Of a DNA stretch of 41,032 bases, positions 35,445-41,032 are shown piece by piece (within the stretch, counting starts at the first letter, position 1; every line of letters begins with the position of its first letter). The DNA is from a virus: UHGV virus genome UHGV-0278189, one strand, 5' to 3'. The translations under genes were made by a program, and so were the position numbers. The notes below the pieces were generated by a model. It searched no databases and had not been told where the DNA came from. It saw only the letters and a list, made by a program, of their open reading frames with translations.

Positions 35445-36262
35445 ATCCGGGAATTTATTTCGATATCAGCAACGAAGACTACCACGCCGGTGACGGCGTG
35501 AGTAAGTCGCAACTGGACATGGTTGCCAAGAATCCGGCGCTTCTTAAATGGGTTCAGGCAGCACCAGAAGACGAAGAGAAAAAGTCTGCACTGGATATGG
35601 GAACCGCATTGCACTGTCTGCTTCTGGAGCCTGGAGAGTTCGACAAACGCTTCATTGTTTCACCGAAATTCGATCGTCGGACGAAACAAGGTAAAGCTGA
35701 CGAAGAGGCATTTCTTCGTGATGTGGCGGATATGGGGATTACGGTACTTGATGCCGAGCAGTGGCGGAAACTGGAGCTGATGCGTGATAGCGCAATGGCT
35801 CACCCGGCGGCACGCTGGATGTTGGAAGCACCTGGTTACTGCGAAGCGTCAATGTACTGGAACGATGAAGAAACGGGTGAGTTGTGCCGAATTCGTCCAG
35901 ACAAATGGCTGAACGAGCACAACGTGATCATCGACGTGAAAAAGGTTGCAGATATGGACCGTTTTGCACGTCACATCGAGGAATTCCGCTACCACGTGCA
36001 GGACGCAATGTACCGCGAAGGCGCAATGAGGGTTACTGGTCAGCCGCATGGTTTTTTCTTTCTTGCCGTGAGCGAAAGCATTGATTGTGGTCGGTATCCG
36101 GTACGCGTGTTCGAGCTGGATGCGCCGGATGTCGATGCCGGGCACGCTCTGTTCCGCCGGGATCTGAATACCTATCACGAATGCCGCATCAACGATGAGT
36201 GGGGCGGAGTGGAAATTATTAAACGCCCTGACTGGGCACGTAAACAGGATATGTACGTATGA
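35441..36262 (+). CDS. RecE-like PD-(D/E)XK exonuclease
   Basis: 273 aa; motif VIIDVKKV and overall resemblance to RecE C-terminal nuclease domain (recollection); coupled to RecT-like gene. Confidence 0.55.
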   Translation: MNPGIYFDISNEDYHAGDGVSKSQLDMVAKNPALLKWVQAAPEDEEKKSALDMGTALHCLLLEPGEFDKRFIVSPKFDRRTKQGKADEEAFLRDVADMGITVLDAEQWRKLELMRDSAMAHPAARWMLEAPGYCEASMYWNDEETGELCRIRPDKWLNEHNVIIDVKKVADMDRFARHIEEFRYHVQDAMYREGAMRVTGQPHGFFFLAVSESIDCGRYPVRVFELDAPDVDAGHALFRRDLNTYHECRINDEWGGVEIIKRPDWARKQDMYV

Positions 36263-37140
36263 GCAATGATATCGCAATCACATCACAACCAGGCGCAACT
36301 GTAGGCACTGCTGCGGCAATCTTCAGCCCCGAGGGAATGAATCAACTGGTGCGTTTCGCTGAGTTGATGTCACAAAGCAAAGCGACTGTACCGAAACATC
36401 TTGAAGGCAAACCTGCCGATTGCCTGGCGGTGACCATGCAGGCGGCACAGTGGGGAATGAACCCTTTCGCCGTGGCGCAGAAAACGCATGTGGTAAACGG
36501 AACGTTAGGCTACGAAGCACAGTTGGTAAACGCGGTCGTATCCTCGTCAAGCCTGCTGGCGACACGCCTGAATTATCGCTGGAGCGGTGACTGGTCGAAT
36601 GTTAACGGCAAAACAGATAAATCACCGAATCTGACGGTAACTGTGTCAGCAGTTCTTAAAGGAGAAGCAGAACCACGTGAGCTTACCATCAGTATGGCGC
36701 AAGCCGGAGTGCGTAACTCTCCATTGTGGGAACAGGATCCTCGCCAGCAGCTTGCCTATCTTTGCACGAAACGATGGGCTCGCCTGCACGCTCCTGATGT
36801 ACTTCTCGGTGTTTACACCCCTGACGAATTACAGGAAACGGCACCGCGCGTTGAACGAGACATTACTCCGCAAACAACTACTGCTGCGGGAATGAACAGT
36901 CTGATCAACGCTAAACCAGTGAAAAAGCCTGATGAGCAAACGCGTAAAGCGGATAGCCGTGATCCAGAAGAAATGCTGATGGCCTTTACCAGCGCAGCGA
37001 TGAATTACAGCACTGTCTCCGAACTGGATAAGGCTTACAAATACATTGCACAAAAACTTTCAGATGATGACGAACTGCTGGCAAAAGCAACCGACGTTTA
37101 CAGCGTTCGTCGGGAAGAATTAAACGAAACATCTATGTAA
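36259..37140 (+). CDS. RecT-family single-strand annealing protein
   Basis: 293 aa; family resemblance to RecT (recollection); directly downstream of exonuclease with 4-nt overlap. Confidence 0.6.
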   Translation: MSNDIAITSQPGATVGTAAAIFSPEGMNQLVRFAELMSQSKATVPKHLEGKPADCLAVTMQAAQWGMNPFAVAQKTHVVNGTLGYEAQLVNAVVSSSSLLATRLNYRWSGDWSNVNGKTDKSPNLTVTVSAVLKGEAEPRELTISMAQAGVRNSPLWEQDPRQQLAYLCTKRWARLHAPDVLLGVYTPDELQETAPRVERDITPQTTTAAGMNSLINAKPVKKPDEQTRKADSRDPEEMLMAFTSAAMNYSTVSELDKAYKYIAQKLSDDDELLAKATDVYSVRREELNETSM

Positions 37141-37189
37141 CCACCACCGCGGCGCCACACGCGCCGCACTGCAACCAAGAGAGGTATTT

Positions 37190-37438
37190 ATGAAAGGTGC
37201 ATTAGGTAAGAAGGAACTCCTGGCGGTGGTGCCACTGTCATGGAGCACTATCGACCGTATGGAGCGCGCAGGGGAATTTCCTAAACGCTGGTATATCACT
37301 GACAAACGCTGCGCATGGAACCGTGACGAAGTTGAGCGTTGGCTTGATGAACGTCAGGCAGCAAGTCCGGCAGAGTTCCAGGGTAAAAAACCTCCTGTTC
37401 AGCAACGTGTATATCGTCCCGTGAGCAACGCTGCATGA
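37190..37438 (+). CDS. AlpA-like excisionase / transcriptional regulator
   Basis: 82 aa; LLAVVPLSWSTIDRMERAGEFPKRWYITDKRCAWNRDEVERWL fits AlpA/Xis-like HTH pattern. Confidence 0.65.
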   Translation: MKGALGKKELLAVVPLSWSTIDRMERAGEFPKRWYITDKRCAWNRDEVERWLDERQAASPAEFQGKKPPVQQRVYRPVSNAA

Positions 37439-37547
37439 GTGCGCTGCTAAGGCACTGGAGCAAATGGTCAGGATGGTACTTATTCCTGGCCTCTGTTTCA
37501 GCATGGCTTTATCTGCTGGCATTAATTTTCAGAGAGGGTTGGATTAA

Positions 37548-37847
37548 GTGAGAAAGTTAAGCCGACTTGAAAAATATCACATGAATAAGGTTTCAATGCG
37601 TAGTCCGTCAAAGATTGTCGCCGTTACTCCTGCGGCGATAGAGATCGAAAAACGCGCGATTGAAAGAGAAAAAAAAGGGCAGTTCCGCATTGCCGCTCAC
37701 CTTTGGCTTCAGTGTATGGATGTTGCTTCTGGTGATGTTGAGCGAGCAAGGATTGCGGTTCGCAGGGACCAATGTATCACAAAAGGTAACGGCCTTCGCC
37801 GTGGCGACTATAGCGGCATAGGATGTTGTGGGGTGGTTTATGAATAA
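37548..37847 (+). CDS. Hypothetical small regulator (PerC-like, tentative)
   Basis: 99 aa from GTG 37548 with GAGAGGG RBS; EKKGQFRIAAHLW loosely resembles the PerC-family core; weak. Confidence 0.4.
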   Translation: MRKLSRLEKYHMNKVSMRSPSKIVAVTPAAIEIEKRAIEREKKGQFRIAAHLWLQCMDVASGDVERARIAVRRDQCITKGNGLRRGDYSGIGCCGVVYE

Positions 37848-38943
37848 TCAAAACAATAATGTAAAAGGTAATATCATGAGCAAGGTAGGCGATTATTTCT
37901 TTGAATTTCCCGCATCACGAGGAACGCAGGGAAGCACTGTAATACTTATGATGACAGTACCAGCAAGAGCACTATCGAGAGTATTGGCAACCGACAATAC
38001 GGGAAGTACCCTTGAACGTTCTCAACGTGAAATTAATCCAACCAGGGTAAAAAAGTTTTATCAATATTTAGTCAACGCTTACGAGAAAAAGGAACCATTT
38101 ATTGTTCCACCATTGGTCGGAAATTGTAACTCAGAAATAGAGTTCCATGAGATTGGAAATACTAATGTCGGTTTAGCTAGATTTCCTATGGATGCAGAAA
38201 TAAAATTATTTGATGGACAGCATCGTGCTGCAGGATTAGCTGAGTTCTGCCGTAATTATGGCGAAACAATTATGATTCCTCTTATGCTTACGCATAACCT
38301 TCCTTTGAAGGCGCGTCAGCAGTTCTTTTCTGACATTAATAATAATGTTTCAAAACCATCTGCAGCAATTAATATGGCGTATGACGGACGAAACGATGTT
38401 GCCCAAGAAATGGTGTCTTTCCTGTCGCAACATGACACTTTTGCAGAAGTCACTGACTTCGAGCACAACGTTGTTCCGTCAAAGTCAAACATGTGGGTGA
38501 GTTTCAAAGCATTAAGTGATTCAACATCAAAATTTTGTATTCATAATGGGAAAAAACTAGAAATTGGTAACATCGAGTCAGTATGGGAATCATGGTTATG
38601 TCTTACACAACTAGAAGCAATTCGCCATGGTACAAAGCAATCAGAATACAAAAGAGAATATATCCAGTTTCATGCAGTGATGATTAACGCTTTTGGCTAT
38701 GCTGTTCAGCAAATGATGGTTAATCACTCAATAAAAGAAATAATTTCAATGATTGAAACATTATGTGCAAATACTGACTTCGCAGAAAGAGAGAATTTTT
38801 TCCTAATGGATAATTGGGTTGGGATCTGCACGAAAGCAAGCCAGGAAAAACTATCAGTTATTGCCAATGTAGCAGCACAGAAAGCGGCAGCAAACAGGCT
38901 GATACAAGCCTTTACCAAAGGAAGTCTGGGAGCAGAACAATGA
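37840..38943 (+). CDS. DGQHR-motif protein (DndB-like, ParB/Srx-fold family)
   Basis: 367 aa from first ATG 37840 (ORF track starts GTG 37828; alternative ATG 37876); contains FDGQHRAAGLAEF; AT-rich; stop overlaps next start (ATGA). Confidence 0.65.
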   Translation: MNNQNNNVKGNIMSKVGDYFFEFPASRGTQGSTVILMMTVPARALSRVLATDNTGSTLERSQREINPTRVKKFYQYLVNAYEKKEPFIVPPLVGNCNSEIEFHEIGNTNVGLARFPMDAEIKLFDGQHRAAGLAEFCRNYGETIMIPLMLTHNLPLKARQQFFSDINNNVSKPSAAINMAYDGRNDVAQEMVSFLSQHDTFAEVTDFEHNVVPSKSNMWVSFKALSDSTSKFCIHNGKKLEIGNIESVWESWLCLTQLEAIRHGTKQSEYKREYIQFHAVMINAFGYAVQQMMVNHSIKEIISMIETLCANTDFAERENFFLMDNWVGICTKASQEKLSVIANVAAQKAAANRLIQAFTKGSLGAEQ

Positions 38944-39587
38944 AAAAATACACGCTAATCTATGCAGATCCACCCTGGGTATACCGGGACAAAGCCGCAG
39001 ATGGTAATCGCGGTGCCGGTTTTAAATATCCGGTTATGAGTGTGCTGGATATCTGCCGCCTTCCTGTGTGGGATTTGGCCGATGAAAACTGTCTGTTGGC
39101 CATGTGGTGGGTGCCAACACAACCACTCGAAGCACTAAAAGTTGTTGAAGCCTGGGGATTTCGTCTGATGACCATGAAGGGCTTCACGTGGATAAAATGT
39201 GGTAGTCGACAACCAGATAAACTGGTTATGGGGATGGGACACATGACTCGCGCCAACAGTGAAGATTGCCTGTTTGCGGTAAAGGGAAAACTACCTCCGC
39301 GCATTAATGCAGGTATCGTTCAGTCATTTACCGCACCGCGGCTTGAGCATTCAAGAAAACCAGATGTCGTTCGTGAAAAACTTGTGCAATTGTTAGGCGA
39401 TGTTTCTCGCATTGAACTGTTCGCCCGCCAAACGTCTCATGGCTTCGATGTTTGGGGTAATCAGTGCGAAGACCCAGCAGTGCAACTACACCCTGGATAC
39501 GCGTTGTATATTGCCGGATTAACAAATGCATTCAGCAATGCTCCGCTGTCACCAACAGACAACCAGGGGCGGGAGCGTGCAGCATGA
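38940..39587 (+). CDS. MT-A70-family DNA methyltransferase (probable N6-adenine)
   Basis: 215 aa from ATG 38940 (MKKYTLIYADPPWVY); DPPW catalytic motif near N-terminus; ATGA overlaps with both flanking genes. Confidence 0.7.
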   Translation: MKKYTLIYADPPWVYRDKAADGNRGAGFKYPVMSVLDICRLPVWDLADENCLLAMWWVPTQPLEALKVVEAWGFRLMTMKGFTWIKCGSRQPDKLVMGMGHMTRANSEDCLFAVKGKLPPRINAGIVQSFTAPRLEHSRKPDVVREKLVQLLGDVSRIELFARQTSHGFDVWGNQCEDPAVQLHPGYALYIAGLTNAFSNAPLSPTDNQGRERAA

Positions 39588-39778
39588 ACAGGGCATCACC
39601 AGCAGATTTAAGGAAATGCCTTGAAACTGCAAACATGCTTGCACACAGCGGGATCAGGTTTGTTCCAATTCCCGCTGTCACTGATGCTGAATTTGCAACA
39701 CTGTCAGCAATATTCACAGATAAAATTGAATCACTGGCAGCAGAAGCCGAGATGGAAGAAAATCAGCAGAATAATTAA
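39584..39778 (+). CDS. Small acidic protein, third gene of the DGQHR/methyltransferase operon
   Basis: 64 aa (MNRASPADLRK...EENQQNN); start overlaps methyltransferase stop; ends 3 nt before convergent integrase stop. Confidence 0.45.
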   Translation: MNRASPADLRKCLETANMLAHSGIRFVPIPAVTDAEFATLSAIFTDKIESLAAEAEMEENQQNN

Positions 39779-39781
39779 ACG

Positions 39782-41032
39782 TTATTCCCCCGCCATCCAC
39801 TTCTCAAACTTCGACGGGGAGAACGGAATCAGATCCGTATGCTCCCCGTCAATCCAGGAATCAATCATATCGGCCCACTGCTGCAACATGTAGGCGCGCT
39901 GTCTGGCGTATTCCGCTTTGTTATATACGGCGCGCACACCTTTCTGCTCATGTGCCAGAGCCTTTTCAATCCAGTCTGAAGGATAACCAGCCTCATGCAA
40001 CAATGTACTGGCTGTACGGCGCATATCGTGTACGGTGAAGCCCTGAATATGCTCACCATCTTCATTTATTATTTTCACCGTTCTGTCGATCAGAGAGTTC
40101 AGCGCGGCATTAGATAATGGCTTCCGGAAATTGTAACGACCAGGAACCAGATATTCACTTCCACCAGCGCACATCTGCAATCCGACCAATATATCCTGAG
40201 CCTGTTTAGGCAGGTAAATAACGTGCGCCCGGCTTCCCTTCATGCGGTCTGAAGGAATGGTCCATGTCCATTTTTTAAAATCTATTTCATCCCACGTTGC
40301 GTTGGTGAATTCGCCTTTACGAACCATAGTGATAAGCACCAGCTTTAAAGCCATTTTCATAGTGCCCATAGCACCAATGGCATCCAGCGTGCGGAAGAAC
40401 AGGCCAATTTCTTCTGGTGTCAGTGTTCGCTCTCTTGGTTTAAATATGGCGATAGACGAAGGTTTAATGTCAGCCGCAGGATTAAACAAACCATGACCAC
40501 GGTCATTGGCGTGACGGTATACGCTACTGATGATCTCCCTGGCCTGCACTGCTGTTGCCCAGCCACCGCGTTCGACAATCCGGTCACACAAATCACGAAC
40601 CATCGATGTGGTAATTTCAGCCATCATTTTATTGCCAAGAACCGGAAGTATGTCACGGTCGATCACCGCCTGTTTCATTGCGCGGGTACTGTCAGCCAGG
40701 ATGACGTGTTTCATATAACTGTCGGTATGTACCGCAAACGTCTCGGCACCACGAATCTTTTTGATACCGTCACGTTTAGCCGCAGCCGGTGACTGGCCTG
40801 CTTTAAGCAGCTTCTTTGCAGCAATCAGTTCTTCTCGCGCTTCTGCCAGGCTGATACCGTCACGCCCATACTGCCCGATTACCAGCGTTTCGCGGCGACC
40901 GTTGATACGGTAGTCGTAGCGAAACGAGACCGTGCCTGACGTAAGCACAGCTACATACAGCCCGTCACGATCGGAGACCTTGTACAGTTTGTCCTGCGGC
41001 TTGAGGTTTTTTAATTTTGTATCGGTAAGCAC
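39782..41032 (-). CDS. Tyrosine integrase (N-terminus cut by window edge)
   Basis: 416 aa in window; C-terminal catalytic region HDMRRTASTLLHEAGYPSDWIEKALAHEQKGVRAVYNKAEY with the conserved Tyr; N-terminal LTDTKLKNLKP typical of P4-type integrases. Confidence 0.85.
   Translation of the reverse strand: MLTDTKLKNLKPQDKLYKVSDRDGLYVAVLTSGTVSFRYDYRINGRRETLVIGQYGRDGISLAEAREELIAAKKLLKAGQSPAAAKRDGIKKIRGAETFAVHTDSYMKHVILADSTRAMKQAVIDRDILPVLGNKMMAEITTSMVRDLCDRIVERGGWATAVQAREIISSVYRHANDRGHGLFNPAADIKPSSIAIFKPRERTLTPEEIGLFFRTLDAIGAMGTMKMALKLVLITMVRKGEFTNATWDEIDFKKWTWTIPSDRMKGSRAHVIYLPKQAQDILVGLQMCAGGSEYLVPGRYNFRKPLSNAALNSLIDRTVKIINEDGEHIQGFTVHDMRRTASTLLHEAGYPSDWIEKALAHEQKGVRAVYNKAEYARQRAYMLQQWADMIDSWIDGEHTDLIPFSPSKFEKWMAGE

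Larger units (their letters stand above)
1238..41032. mobile_element. Prophage, temperate podophage-like (epsilon15-like organisation); left junction within 1238-1383, right end beyond window
   Basis: Contiguous phage modules (lysis, tailspike, tail/core, head, terminase, replication, immunity, recombination, integrase) directly after host terminator; integrase at the right edge. Confidence 0.9.

Noticed and set aside
35849-36277. 142-aa ORF on - strand
   Set aside because: Antisense within the RecE-like exonuclease gene in an otherwise unidirectional coupled operon.
1-41032. CRISPR arrays, rRNA genes, IS elements or transposases
   Set aside because: No direct-repeat/spacer arrays, no rRNA-like sequence and no transposase-like ORF seen; the only mobile element is the prophage.

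Overview
All calls are from reading the sequence and the ORF track by eye; no database search was run, so every homology statement is from memory of protein families. The window holds two host genes at the left edge (YfgH-like lipoprotein, YfgI-like protein, then a terminator), followed from about 1.24 kb to the right edge by one nearly complete temperate prophage of at least 39.8 kb. The integrase lies at the right boundary with its N-terminus cut by the window edge, so the right attachment site is outside the window. Gene content and order resemble an epsilon15-like temperate podophage: T7-like tail and internal-core proteins with sizes in T7 order, but a lambdoid regulatory and replication backbone. 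Modules, left to right: lysis cassette (two holin-like proteins, GH19 endolysin, Rz with embedded Rz1), a tailspike with Asp-box motifs and a C-terminal chaperone-like domain, an antirepressor/moron region, tail and core genes, head genes, an internal tRNA-Arg(UCU), terminase, nin-like small genes, lambda P-like and O-like replication genes, cro-like and repressor genes, a RecE/RecT-like recombination pair, an AlpA-like excisionase, and an accessory operon next to int. The two observations I rate highest are: (1) a 10-bp-core palindrome TTACC-N5-GGTAA present as 10 exact copies plus one near copy, all in intergenic regions, which looks like a dispersed operator regulon; (2) a translationally coupled operon of a DGQHR-motif (DndB-like) protein, an MT-A70-type DNA methyltransferase and a 64-aa protein, sitting between the excisionase-like gene and int, which I do not recognise as a described system. 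No CRISPR array, rRNA or transposase was seen.
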